Notes: generated from the letters alone by a model not told the origin. Shown: positions 29,519 through 43,524, counted from the first letter of the stretch. The stretch is DNA of 64,000 nt from Sminthopsis crassicaudata (GCF_048593235.1 NC_133621.1:113761148-113825147); one strand, 5' to 3'. Program-made: numbers and translations.

Positions 29519-29666
29519 TTTATTTATTTTCCCCCTGAGGCTGGGGTTAAATGACTTGCCCAGGGTCACACGGCTAGGAAGTGTTAAGTGTCTGAGACCA
29601 GATTTGAACTCAGGTCCTCCTGACTTCAGGGCTAGTGCTCAATCCACTGCACCAACTAGCTGCCCC
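29519..29666 (-). mobile_element. WSINE1-like young CORE-SINE with 14-bp TSD
   Basis: TSD agaaaacatattta at 29505-29518 and 29669-29682. Confidence 0.9.
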
Positions 29667-29977
29667 GAAGAAAACATATTTAAAGACAAAATCATAAGTG
29701 TCTAAATAATATGTCAAAATATCTGATCCAATACTACAGTAACTAATAATACAGCATAAACCAATCTTCAATAATGGTTACACATTAGATGACTGTATAG
29801 TATCAAGTCAACTTCATTATAAATGATAGGAGAGAAGCAAAAATGGAAGATTAGAAAAAAAAATTCCATATCTGGTACTCATGCCACCTGGGGAGAAGAA
29901 TCCTATAGTTGGTAAGGTTCTGGCAGACTCGAGTAAAGCACTTACATTAAACAGATAGATACCCATTCTCTCCCTCA

Positions 29978-30136
<159 letters not shown>

Positions 30137-30283
30137 CTACATTAAGGAGGACAAAGAAATACAGGGGTCATTGAGGATGGCTCCAAAAGCAAACAGCCAA
30201 GGAGAGAGGTTGCTAGCATTGACTTGTTTATCAGAAACAAAAGTGTTCATTATAAAGCATTCTAAATTCCTCCACTAGCTCTT

Positions 30284-30439
30284 TTTTTTCTTTTTTTTCC
30301 TGAGGCTGGGGTTAAGTGACTTACTTGCCCAGGATCAGACAGCTAGGAAGTGTTAAGGGTCTGAGACCACATTTGAACTCAGGTCCTCCTGAATTCAGGG
30401 CTGGTGCTCTATCCACTGCGCCACCTAGCTGCCCCCCCC
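30284..30439 (-). mobile_element. WSINE1-like young CORE-SINE with 12-bp TSD
   Basis: TSD ccactagctctt at 30272-30283 and 30440-30451. Confidence 0.9.
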
Positions 30440-30961
30440 CCACTAGCTCTTGATGCTAGCTAGAAGAGACTCTCAGCTTTGTATGTGAGAGTATGAGATT
30501 TATCCACAAAAGCAGTATGAACCAATTTGGAAAAATTAATAGAATTACAATTTATCTGAATGGCTATAATCAAGGGGTATCAAGAATTAGGGCTTAAAGT
30601 GAGAAAGAAGAAGAAAGCAGGAAGGAGAGAGGCTGACGGGAAGGAGGGGAATACTTTTTTTATCCCCACAAAGATCGGGGAATCCTAGATACAGTCCCTG
30701 GAATTCTACCCAAATTCATTTGTTGATATTTTCATAAAGAGAAGGGCTTTTAATTAATGTATTACACTAACCATGGCTCAAGATGTACTCTATCCCATAT
30801 AACAATAACCACCCAGTTATCAGTACCTTCCATTATGAGTGTATATTATATATATATTATTATATATAATATATTATATATATTTTAGCCACTAAGGCTA
30901 TAATCCAGACTAGGTGTTCTTAACCTAAAGTTATGTGACTTTGCTTTTAAAAATATTTTCA

Positions 30962-32149
30962 GGGACATGGCTCTTTTCAACAGCAAGGTGATTCTGGCCA
31001 ATTCCAATAGACTTATGATGGAGAGAGCCATCTGCACATACAGAGAGAGTACTATGGGGACTGAATGTGGATCACACATAGTATTTTCACCTTTTTTGGT
31101 TGTTGTTTGCTTGCTTTTTATTTTCTTTCCTTTTTGAGCTGATTTTTCTTGTGTAGCATGATAAATATGGAGATTACATATACAGGAATTGCACATGTTT
31201 AACCTATATTGGATTATGTGTTGTCTAAGGAAGGGAGTGGGGGAAAGGAGGAAGAAAAATTTTGGAACACATGGTTTTTGCAAGGGTGAATTTTAAAAAC
31301 TATGCATGATTGTTGTTGTAGTTGTGAACGGATCCAACCATTCTGGAGAGCAATTTGGAACTACATTCAAAAAGTTATCACACTGTGTATACCCTTTGAT
31401 CCAGTAGTGTTACTACTGGGCTTATATCCCAAAGAGATTTTAAAGAAGGGAAAGGGACCTATTTGTGCAAAAATGTTTGTGGCAGCCCTTTTTGGGGTGG
31501 CTAGAAACTGGAAATTGAAGGGATGCTCTTCATTTGGACAATGGCTGAATAAATTGTGGTATATGAATGTTATGGAACATTATTGTTCCATAAGAAATGA
31601 TCAGCAGGAGGAATACAGAGGCTTGGAGAGACTTACATGAACTAAGTGAAATGAGCAGAACCAAGAGATAATTATACACTTCAACAACAATACTACATGA
31701 TGATCAATTCTGATGGAAGTGGCTATCTTCAACAATGAGAGGATATAAATCAGTTCCAATTGAGCAGTAATGAACAGAAACAGCTACACCCAGAGAAAGA
31801 ACACTGGGAAATGAGTATGGACCACAACATAGCATTTCCACTCTTTCTGTTATCGTTTGCTTGCATTTTTGTTTTTTCTTCTCAGGTTATTTTTACTTTC
31901 TTTCTAAATCTGATTTTTCTTGTATAACAAGATAACTGTATAAATATGTATACATATATTTAACATATACTTTAATATATTTAACATGTATGGGACTACC
32001 TGCCAGGGGAGGAGGGGAAAAATTGAAACAGAAGTTTTTGCAATTGTCAATGCTAAAAAATTACCCATGCATATGTTTTGTACATAAAAAGCTATAATAA
32101 AAAAAGAAAACCATGCATGTGTTTTGAAAATTAAAAGCTAAAAAGAAAC
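30962..32149 (+). mobile_element. 5'-truncated L1 3' end (older), itself interrupted at 31308
   Basis: gatggagagagccatctgc 3' UTR; flanked by perfect TSD taaaaatattttca (30948-30961, 32150-32163). Confidence 0.8.
31309..32106 (+). mobile_element. 5'-truncated L1 (ORF2 C-terminus + 3' UTR + poly-A)
   Basis: QPFWRAIWNY...PFDP...LLGLYPKE...CAKMFVAALF; TSD aaaac(t/c)atgcatg at 31296-31308 and 32107-32119. Confidence 0.92.
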
Positions 32150-32437
32150 TAAAAATATTTTCATAACTGTATTCCAATGTAACTAAGTTTCCTTTTTAAT
32201 CTTAAGTATTTTATTTTATATATTTTAATACATTATTCTGAGAAAGCCATTTCTCAGGCTTCCACAGACTTCATTAGACTGCCAAAAGGGTCCTGACATG
32301 AGAAAGATTGAGAACTCTTTGTCTAAACAACATTCTGGTGATACTGGAAAAGTATGGAGATATAGCTCCACAGATGACCCTATTCTCCTAACCCCACGTA
32401 AAAGATTCTATTCCATCCTTCAGCAGATCACCTCCTA

Positions 32438-32572
<135 letters not shown>

Positions 32573-32654
32573 TCAAGACATACCACAATAAGAGAGTAAG
32601 GCTTTTGAAAGGAAGAAGAAAAAAAAATAAAAACTTGAGCCTTTGGTAAGATTT

Positions 32655-33135
32655 AATCAATCAACAAATATTTATGAAGTGTTGATTATGTCCCAGATGT
32701 GGTGTTTAGCACTGTGTGCCTAAAAACAGTGAGACAGTCCTGATAAGAAGCTTACCTCTTCCTAAATGGATATGACATGTTCATAGATAAACAAATTAAA
32801 ATAAATACAAAGTGGTTTTGGAGGAAGGAAAATGAGCAAAGTCTTTTTGAAAGAAGTGATCCAAGCTGAGCCTTAAATGGAGCTAACAGTTTCCAAGAGG
32901 CAGAAGGGAGGAAAAAGGACATTCCAGGCATGAGGGACAGTGCCTGAAAAGACACAGAGACCTCAAAGAGAAATGTTTTGAGCAGCAAACTTGTGTACAA
33001 AACTCAGAAGGGCAGGTAATACATAATCAGTCTGAAAGGAGAGGCTGGAACAATACTGGGAAGAGTTTTTAATGTTAGAACTGAGCTTGTAATAAATCCT
33101 GGAGACAATAAGGCACCATTGAAGTTTCTTCAGAA
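32655..33135 (-). mobile_element. L2 3' fragment
   Basis: aatcaatcaacaaatatttatgaagtg tail and L2 body motifs. Confidence 0.7.
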
Positions 33136-33383
33136 GGGGAATGAGAAGCGCTAAGTATTATTTAACTGGGGGTCCCTCAGATGAGAAGCTTACAAATATT
33201 CCAGAGTCCTAATTCCTTCCAGTTTTTCCCTCCTTTCTTCCTGGGGGGCAGGGGGGGAGAGTGGAGTAGGAACAGAAATTCCTCTGAGTACAAATGTTCA
33301 CCTTCTTCCAGAAGCACTCTCTAAGCACAGATCTCTTTCATTACTAGTATTAAGTTTCATTCTGACCTCCACTAGTTCTCTTA

Positions 33384-33680
<297 letters not shown>

Positions 33681-36147
33681 CTACAAAAACAATCAAAGAC
33701 TCTCAGAGTAAGAAAAAAAAAAGCAAAAAAGGAGTTTATTATGATTTCTGGAGAAAGGGCATCTCCCATTTGATAAGATCTTATTAGTAAAAGGAGTGCT
33801 AAGTAAAAATTGCAAAACAGGAGACGAAATAGCCAGAAGGCCCCATCACCCAATCTGACCTTTTCTCCCATAGTTTGGGGGAATCTGGGCTAACATCCTA
33901 ATCAGAAATTATCCCAGAAATAAAAGAACAAATTGCCTTAAATATTAAGACAAGGTGGAAAATAGGAAAGGAGGAACACCAGCAATTGTTTTTTTTAGTT
34001 ATAGCCCTACTCATTGTAGTCTCAAGTCACAATTAAGTAAAGTTTAAGGCTATATTTCCATGAGAGCGTCTTACTCCGTTTATCCCATATACATGTTATC
34101 AGTTGATACCACGAATTAGTATATCAATAATTCCCAACCACATTATAATCATCCAGTTTCCTGGTCACTTGGACATTTGTCAGATACATAAAGGGGGAAA
34201 CCAGAGCTGCCTTAATCACTCACTATAGAAGGACTATCATCTACCCCCCAGAAGGAGGCAGCTAAGAGAGAAGTTCAGGAAGCTAGAAAGACAATTCCTT
34301 ATGGTAACACTGGCCAAATGGTTGTAAACCAGAAAGATAGATGCATTATGCCATTTGCTTTATTAAACACTTAGTTCTGAAGGGAGAGTGGCTCTTACTC
34401 AAGAAACTATTATTAATATTAATATCATTAATAACACAATATTAATATTCTAATATTAATAATATTCAGAGGAATATTAAAAAACATTATCACAGCCAAC
34501 AATACATGGATATCTAGAATGGGTCACATTTCCTACTACTTAGCAAGTAGTAGGTTGCAAAGCAAAGTCCAATCCAATAAACTGGAAAAGAAATGATTCC
34601 TGGACAAAACATTCAGTGTCATGCAAAAAGAGCTCAAGTGGCACCAATCCCCCATATTAAATACAATTAGGTATTCAGCATCATTCAACTTAACAAGATT
34701 CACATGCTTGTTGATAGGTACCAATAGTGAAAGATTCCAGGTAGTGACCTCGGTTTAGGGTGGATAAAGATACTCTAGATTTATTCACTGAGGTAGATTT
34801 CTTCTCTTTGGATCTGACCAACTAAGTACACTCTATTAGAGTAATAATACAATAATAGAGTAATAGTGAGGGAAGGGACAGAAAGGATTAAGTAAAGTCT
34901 GGAAACTCTTTCCACCAACCCAGAGCAGCAACTCGGATGAAAGTTTAACAAAGTGGCCAGGGACCATTTATAAGTGAAATGACTTGCCCGGGGGAGTTCT
35001 TGAACCCATCTTCTTGATTAAGTCTGCCCCCTCCCCTCTTTTTTGTAGTTAAAGATGCTGGAAGGAAAAGAAAGATAAAATCTCTTAGGAACTTTATTAC
35101 TGACTAAGCAGCTACCACTTTTATTCTCTCCAGTGGTTCCCTACTTCTCTTAAGGTTCTCTGTTCTTGCTCACCATGTATTCCTTGCTCAATGCCTATGT
35201 CTCTGGAGATAGCTTCTTCCTAACCAGGCTTCCAGCGTCTACGCAGCCCCATCTGCCTTCCAAAAGATTATGTGGCAGGATGTGTGGGAAGGGAAAGCTG
35301 TAAACGCCTGGGATTCTTTGGGACTATGGGGCTCTAATCCGATTATAGCCAGAGTATTAAGGCACTGTTGGAATTTCTGTTCAGAGGATTCATCTCCAGT
35401 TGGGCAAAAGAAGGCATGTCTGACTCTGCCCAATTGAATCGAGTAAAGGCAGTCCAAAAGATCTAGACAACAGGGGGCCAAGCAGCCTTTTCAGAGCTGG
35501 AATGCTGCCCTAGAACAAAGTCCCAACACAAGGCAATAAGAACGACACCAAGGGTGGTGAGAGGATTAGCAAGTCCCAAAGGAAACTTTTCTTCTAGAAA
35601 GGAGCTAACCTGGATAAAAAGTTGAAAACCCTCCCCCTCCTTTCACTTTTCTTGAGTGAGAGCTCAAAGTACCTTTGGCAACAGAATTTAGCAAGAACTG
35701 CTGGAGGGCAGTCATCTGTCTTGCAGATCAAAGCTCACCTGGAGGAGATGGCTAATAGCCTTTCCTTCCCAGCAACCCAGAACCAGAAGCACAAGATAGC
35801 ACTCTCCAATGCAATCAGCATGTACACAGACATTCTGGACTCCCAAATCACTTCTTAGGGTTATCCCTTTAGAACTGGGAAGTACCTTCAAGTACTTCAC
35901 TCTTTCTTTCTTTCCTTTCCTATCTTTTTTTTTTTTTTTTTAAATCAATTAAGCAAACTGAGAATCAAAAACATTACCTGACAGAGTCACTACCACACAG
36001 ATAAGTATCAGAGGTAAAAATTGAACCAAGTCTTCCTGATTTCAAATTTGGAATTCTCAATCTTAATACAAATTCTTATTCATTTCTTGTTCAAGATATT
36101 GTTCAATACTATATAAAACCTGAAGTCCTTAACAATTAAAAGATTCT

Positions 36148-36335
36148 AGGAGAGAAGTTATTAGTTTTGTGTCACTGATACCTTTGGCAGTCTGCTGAAC
36201 CCTAAGGACCTCTCCTGAGAATAATGTTTTTAAAAACATAAAATGAAATACATAGGGATAAGAGAAACCAATTATATTGAAATGCAATCATCAATTTTAT
36301 TTTTAAGTTCACAGACTCCAAGTTGAAGAACCTCT
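36148..36335. mobile_element. hAT-type MITE (reverse copy of the 30911 family)
   Basis: cctttggcagtctgctgaacc...gagaataatgtttttaaa...aaccaattatattgaaat...gttgaagaacctct. Confidence 0.7.
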
Positions 36336-36339
36336 AATA

Positions 36340-36525
36340 GAGGCATAGAGGTATAGTGGAAAGAATACTGGATGTCAGAAGACATGGATTCTAGTATTGG
36401 TAATATTATTAATTAGCTATGTGACTGGCTAAGACTTTTAAGCTGTTTAGATTTCAGTGAATTTATCTGTAAAATGAAGGATTTCAGTAAGATGATTTCT
36501 AAGGTCCTGCTGAGCTCTAAGGTTC
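36340..36525 (+). mobile_element. MIR3-type CORE-SINE
   Basis: gtatagtggaaagaatactgga...tatctgtaaaatgaagg...gatgatttctaaggtcc. Confidence 0.65.
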
Positions 36526-38279
36526 CATAAAAGTCTTATGGAATAGAAAAGGAACTAGACATGTTATGCTTGTTCCTTCTAGTATTCTTTGCTTGACTTC
36601 TAACTCTAGTTAACCTCAGAAACAGCAAAACTTTGGAACTTTAACTTTAAAGACCTAGACATTGACATGACCCAGGGCTACCCACCCCTACAGCCTAATA
36701 AAGTGTGTGTGCAGGATCTTTCTTTTATGGCAACAGTTCTATTTCTAGAGCCTTACAAAAGAGGCTGGAAGAAAAGACCATTCAAGATGTCTCCTTTATA
36801 GAAGGAACTTAATATGAGTTGAGTTTTTTTAAGAAGTGTTTTTAATTGCTAGTATACTGTGGAGGCAATGAACACATTTTTTAAAATGAAATAAGCAACA
36901 GGTGAGAGGGATAATGATCTAAATCAATACATGGATCTAAAGTTTTGATCAAGATTAGTCCCTGATTGACTTATCCTCAGTCTACCTCTAAAAATTACCT
37001 TCCTCTTTCCACCAACAGAAAGTCAAGCAAATGACAAAATGACAAAAAAGATTGGCCCATTTTTAATAATGCAACAATATTACCAGGAGCCACATCCTTA
37101 TTTGACAATTGTCTTATTTCTTGTTTGAGAAAGCAAACATGAGGGATACTGATTTATTTCTATTTTAGAATGGACTTCTAAGTTGGAAGGCTGATGCTTG
37201 TACTTTTCTGGCTGTGGCCTGATCAGGCAGCTGCTCCTTCTCAGCCCATGACCTAGACTTATATCCATGAATAAAATACAGACACCTGTAATGCAACTAG
37301 GAGAAACAGAATAGTCTTTTAATTAAAAATTCTAGGAGATCCAATCCTACTGAATTATAGAACTTTGTGAGTCACAGAATTCTTGAGTCCTCTCTTACTT
37401 TGCAAAAAGAGTTAAAAATGACCTGTGTGCTAGGTAACAGTATGAGAATTTATTGATTGGTTTTAATCCTTTAGGAAAAATGTGAAAAGTACTCAATACT
37501 AAATATATTCATCAGGCTCTTCTTGGGATTTTGTAACAGCTAGTCAGGAACTAAAGGGCACAGTTCTCCTACATCCTCTCTGTTATTAACTGTGGCAATT
37601 AATTAACCCATTGTAAAGGCTTTATTCAAAATATATCAACAAGAATGATCAGACTTTTAAATGTCTGTTCTCTTTCAAATTCAATAGTTGTTTTTTGGTG
37701 AGGTTTTTTTTTTGGCTTGGGGAAAAGCATTCAAGATACAAAATGCTTTCAAGAACCTATTCAACTAATTCTTGAAATGATTATAGTGTTATCTGGCAAT
37801 GACAACAGAATGTAGCTCAGAACTACAGGCCTTGTCTTGGAAGGGGCTATGACTACAGTTTAGGCATGTGTCCTTTCTTCAAGAGGTTTTTTTCCCCCCT
37901 TTTTTTCATATGTGTGGTTATTTTTATTCTTTTCAGAGAAACTGTTTTAAAGTACTTTCATATATACAATAAGTAAAATCTAGGAATCCTTTCAAATAAA
38001 TGTGAGGATGAAGCAGCAAGCCAATTCAATCTGGCTTTTCAAGCAGAAATATTCTCTCTCATCATCCACTTTCCATTACTTCATTTTATTTCCCAGTGTC
38101 TGTCTTTATGATAGAAAATTAGTTCTACCAAAGATGAGAAATCACACAATATATTAAATATAGAGAAAAGATAGCACTCATATCTCCAGAGTTCCTTCCT
38201 TTCACTATTTTTTTCTGATCAAGGTTTGTCTGAATGATCTTGATAAAAGTTTGAAAGAAAAAAAAAAAAAAAAAAAAGA

Positions 38280-38590
38280 AGATCTGGAGATGTTAACTGA
38301 GTAGTAGCTCAAATGAGCTAACAGTGTCATTCAGATGTTCAAGATGCAAATGCAATCTCAGTCTGTATTACTACTGTTCAGAAAACAGTACCAATGTACT
38401 CTATATTGGCCAGAATCAAAGTAGTAATATTCAATTCTGGGACTAATCTTTTAAGAGAAATGTTGACAAAGGTCTGATAGTCTAATGAAGCAGCAAGATT
38501 TCCAGTAAGAATTCAACAGAAGGATGCTGTAAGATGGGCCTTTTTTATTAGATAAGAGATCCTTCTAACTCAAGACACTCTGATTTTGTG
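38280..38590 (+). mobile_element. CR1/L3 3' relic
   Basis: aaatgcaatctcagtctgtatta...caattctggg...ttttaagagaaatgttgacaa...ccttctaactc. Confidence 0.55.
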
Positions 38591-40661
38591 TTCCTAAACA
38601 GAACATGCTTAACAAGAATAATTGTTTGTTCAGCCTATCCAAAAGACTTTTATTTTTGTATGGACACCAATTCAAATTCACCAATGGAACGTCAGAAGCA
38701 ACTATGAGTTCATTGTAGTATCAAGCCACTCTGTTAAGATACTAGAGGAAAGGCTATTTTTCCTCCCTGAATATTAGGAAAACAAGAGAGAATATTCTTC
38801 TATAAAAGCATACTCTAAATTTGGTACAAACTTTCATCAAAACTAGAATTTACATTTAAATATTAAACACTTGTATAATTAATTTTCATTATTTTTTGTC
38901 TCTAGTGTTAAATTATGAATTTCCTTCTTACATTTATCTATTCTTGTTGTTTTAGCAGAAAAATTTAGCTACAATATTTGGGATTCTTCAGATAAAATTC
39001 ATGGGAATTATGTCATGTGTCCTATTGTTCATAGCTTCAAGGACTAGACAAAGCTATGAAGGGGAAAGTTTAAAGAACACAGCTTAATCAGCTTAAAAAG
39101 TACAGCCAAAGAATTGTTTCAGCTCTATATAACCAAAAAACCTCCAAAAACACCCCCCCAAAAAAAACAAACACCCAACTCCAATAAAAAAAAACCCCAT
39201 TTTTTCCCCTAGTTGAGTAGAGACCAAAAAGTAAAATTATTAGCCAAAACTGAGATTTTTAATAAAAATATGAAGTTAATATAAAAAGGTGATTATAATG
39301 AAGTCAATACAGAATAAAATAACATAATAAAGACTTGCTATGATAGGCTAGACTACAATTCATCCACTGGAGTACTGTCAGAGCCAACAAATGACAAAGT
39401 TGCTTTTTACGACGCCAGCTTCAAAAAGTTAAGAGAACACACATCCAAACCATTGCTAATTTCCTTAGATAATTATTTAACCCTTCTTAAAGCTGTTTAT
39501 ATTTCAGCCTGCATGACCTTTTAAAAGTATCAAGTTCTATCAAGTTTATTCACTATAATATAAAGCAGAATTTAAAAAAATATATTTCTTCTCTCAAGGC
39601 TTAGACCTTATCGCTTCCCTTTTATAATTCTAAAATTCCAGGATTTGAATAAATATGCTTATTTTATCAATTTCTTTCTTAATTCCATAAATTTGGATTA
39701 TCTTCTTGATCACCATTTTCTTTCTGGACTGAAGAATTCTCTAAAAAAGATTCTGTCTATCTAAAAAATCTTTTCATTCCTTTTATCATTTCAATATCCC
39801 TTCTCTAAATCTTTTTCAGTTGTTAATGTTTTTACTAAACTGCAGACAAGATCTATACTTGGTACTCCAGGTATGATAAAAATTATTAGTAGAATATCCT
39901 AAATGATAAGGTTAAGATAATGTTTTTGTTATATTTATTATACTAAGTGAATCAAAGAACAAATATTTGAATATCTTTTAGTGGAAGACATTAATAACTT
40001 GCATTTTTTTTAGCCCTTTTGGACAATTTAGTCTTTTTAAAAATCCATTTAGGAACACTCAATCAATGTTTTCCAATAAAGATTTACAAGGACTAATAGT
40101 TTCTGTTCAGATTTCCAAGGTTCATCAAAACTTATACACCTAAGTTAATGCCAATGCAAAGCAGAGAAGGACATTATAGGCAAGGGAATAAAACAGTCCA
40201 GGAGAGAGGGCATTGGAGACAAAAATCTTACAAAACTTGTTTGAGCTAGCCAGAATGTCTTTATTGCTTCTTGAGGCAAAGCAAGTTTTCCTGGGTATTT
40301 GCAAGTATCCAGGACTTTGCTCTCATTTCTGCACAAATAGAAACGAGCATTCTAAGGATGGAAAAATACAATTCTTAAAATTTAGAGTTTTGTTGAAGGT
40401 ATTATTACCTTTCTGGGTAAGTCCAAAAATAATCTTTTATAAATCTGTCCAGATTCTGTATGACAAAAATGATTTTATGAGTTAGAAATAAGTCCCCTCC
40501 CCCCAAAAAAGTTTTCCCTACACAGCCCCAAAGTTAAAGCCAATAATCCCACTTGAAATGTTGGTTTGAATTTCTACTAAGAAATGGATGTTACTCTCTC
40601 AATGAGGAGCTTACAGGCCCTTACAGGTTGGAATAAAAATAATATGAGCAGCTTTATATCA

Positions 40662-40847
<186 letters not shown>

Positions 40848-41819
40848 TCAGAGCAATCCCCAACTTTACATGAAAGACTCTTTTCTTTCAGGTAAAGATG
40901 ATTTGGATATTCCATCTAAACTTTGAAATGTTAAGACTCTTTGGTGAGGCTAGAATAATGTTTCTATAAAAATCCAGAATGTTTTCATTGCAAAATCTAA
41001 AGTCAACATCATATATATTGGCCATAACCCTCCAAACCAAATAAAATTTTAACTAAAAGAAATGCTTGAAGAATATGGTATTCTAATTAATCAAGTTATT
41101 GATCAGAAAGCACTACCTATATTAATTTTTAAACTTCCTAAGATTTTAAATTCACTTTCCTGCCTTAGTAAGAAGTAATTTAGTTTTTAATGATTCAGAG
41201 TCTTGTAAGACTTCAAGGCCATAATTCTGAAGAGTGTGATATACCATACTTTAAATAGATGGACTGTATGTACACACTCCCTCTAACATATGCCTTAGAA
41301 GTAGCTTTTCTGGAAATCTTTGCCATCTTCTACTTTTTACAAAAGATGAATGGGCACAGGATCCATTAATCAGGATTGTATTGTATAAAGAACACCTTGT
41401 CATTTTTGGCTTAAGAATTCATCTTTTCTCCTCAGGCTGAGTTCTTTCACAGTTGCTTAGAGATTCTACCATTACCATTCTGATATAATTGTAGGGGCTC
41501 TCTAGACATTGGAGTGTAGAAAATGACTCAATGTCAATATTACAACCATTTGAGTTAATCTAGTATTTTCATTTAAAGAAACTTGGTATTTTCATGTCAC
41601 CATATTATTCTTTTCACTATCTCTCCAAAGTGTTGATGGGGGGAGAGGGAAGAAAGATACTGAAATTTTAATTATGTACATGAAATGGCTGGGTATGGTG
41701 GTTTAGCAGTTTACAGACCACTAACTTTACATTATTGGGCAGAGTCAGAAATTACTTTTTAAAAATTTATTTTGGTGTTCTCCCTCCCTTCTTGTCCTCT
41801 ACTTTTCCTTATTCTAGTG

Positions 41820-42012
41820 TAACGGTATCAAACTCAAATTAAAAAGGAGGCACTAATCCATATATAAGGATCTTTGAGAGATTTTAGTTTTAAAATGTGT
41901 GATATCTGTGTTTTATTGCATTTTTATGTATTTTGTTAAATTATTTCTCAATGACATTTTCAATCTGGTTGGGGATGGGGGAGGAAGAGCTCAGCCAGGT
42001 ATTAGACCTCCA
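41820..42012. mobile_element. hAT-like MITE
   Basis: ggtatcaaactcaaat...ataaggatc...ttttgttaaattatttctcaatgacattttcaatctggtt; partial reverse copy near 45640-45790. Confidence 0.5.
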
Positions 42013-43403
42013 TGCTCTAGGCCACCTGCTTCAGAATTTGAGGGACATATAATTAAAGCAGCAAGATTTAGTGGATATATAGACTCAGAGTCTTGAAGAA
42101 CTATGTTCAAGTCATTTAATATCTTATCTTAGTACTTCAGAAAACTTAATGCTTTAAGTTGTGGAGGCATTCATTTCTACTGGTAGAGGGAGGTTTCTCT
42201 CTGGGAGTTCTTTATACCAATGAAATTACAAATGCCATCCCCCAAAAAGCACAAAATATAACCTAATTCAACAAACATTTGTTTCAAAGAGAGTGATGTG
42301 AGCCTAGGCTATTATTTCTTTGTTGTCCTTGCTTTAGTAAATTTTATACAAATTACAAGAATGGTAAACCAAATCTAAAGATAAGAGGGGAAAAAACCAG
42401 AGTGGAATACCAGCCAAACATAGATGATGTTCTAGATATAAAAGTCTATGTCCAAACTCTTTATGAAGAAAGTCACATATTCTTTCTAGACTTCCAAGAT
42501 ACAGAAAAGGCAGCAAATCATCTCTCCATCAATACAATTGCACATTAAACAACTGACTAGAATGTTTCCTTTCCTTTCCTTTCCTTTTTTTTTTTTTTTA
42601 AAAGAAGCAATAGATATTGCTTAATTAGGTATTTAGTCTGTTTCATAACCTGGAGTAGCTAATTCATCCTGGAATTTGTAGCACTCTTTCTAATCTATAA
42701 ACTCAAATTATACTAGTAACACTGCATTGTTTAGAAACTTAACTACCACTTTCTTAAACTACTTATTATGGGTTATAGTCTCTTCTTGTACAAACCCTCT
42801 CCACTTGTAATAGTTCCCCACTTGTAAAAACAAGTCCTAAGTTTAGGCACATCTTTAAAAACCCTTATGAGCAGAAAGTCAAGGCAAGGGAGTTTAAATT
42901 CTTATTTACTGGTTAGCAAATTGATTCTATTTGAGACCATGGAATCATGGAAACAAACTGATAATACAAAACTGAAGTCATGTAGAAAGGAGTTACTGTT
43001 TTCTAAGGGTCCTTTTCCACTTCCAGGAATGTAAAGCTGATATACATTTAACCCAAATGTCTACTTTTTGATACAGCAATCCGTTCCCCACCCTTCTATG
43101 ATGCCCTGATGATCTCCATCATCTCTAGCTCCTAAAATTTCCTACCTCCTTAGGATTAATGTTAAATTCAAGGATTTATAAAATAAAAAACTCTTCACTC
43201 CATCTCCTTTATCTCCACAGAGAATCCTCTCCTTCCAATAGGCAGTGAGACAAAAGAAGAAAAGAGAGAGTGGAGAGATACTGATTCTATGCCATAGAGA
43301 GAAGGCTTCAGTTAAATACAAGAAGAAGGGGAAAGGGTGCAGAGAAGAAATATAAAGCCACTAGCTTCATACTACGGAGCAGCAGCAACAAATCCAGCCT
43401 CAC

Positions 43404-43460
43404 CTGGGCTTTAATCCCAGAGTCTCCACTGACAATGTACTTCTTCTTGCTGCCCAACAT
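43404..43460 (-). CDS. AHCYL2: AHCYL2 alternative first coding exon (MLGSKKKYIVSGDSGIKAQ)
   Basis: ATG, 19 codons, phase-0 donor CAG|GTGAGG; resembles the recalled human isoform N-terminus MLGSKKKYIVNGNSGIKAQ; too short for the ORF track. Confidence 0.88.
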
Positions 43461-43524
43461 AGTGCTGTGCTACCACCTATAACCCTCTCACCACCTTTCC
43501 AGTCCAAGGACCCTGGTGTCCAGT

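Larger units (their letters stand above)
30911..32320. mobile_element. hAT-type non-autonomous DNA transposon (MITE), split by nested L1s; own sequence at ~30911-30961 and ~32150-32320
   Basis: Termini taggtgttcttaacct / aagattgagaactctt; body matches the uninterrupted reverse copy at 36148-36335. Confidence 0.7.

Noticed and set aside
30885-31640. 132-aa and 112-aa ORFs
   Set aside because: L1 3' UTR antisense frame and L1 ORF2 C-terminal remnant, not host genes
40860-40900. ttttctttcAG|GTAAAG recursive-splice-like motif
   Set aside because: Plus strand, antisense to AHCYL2; no evidence of a plus-strand transcript
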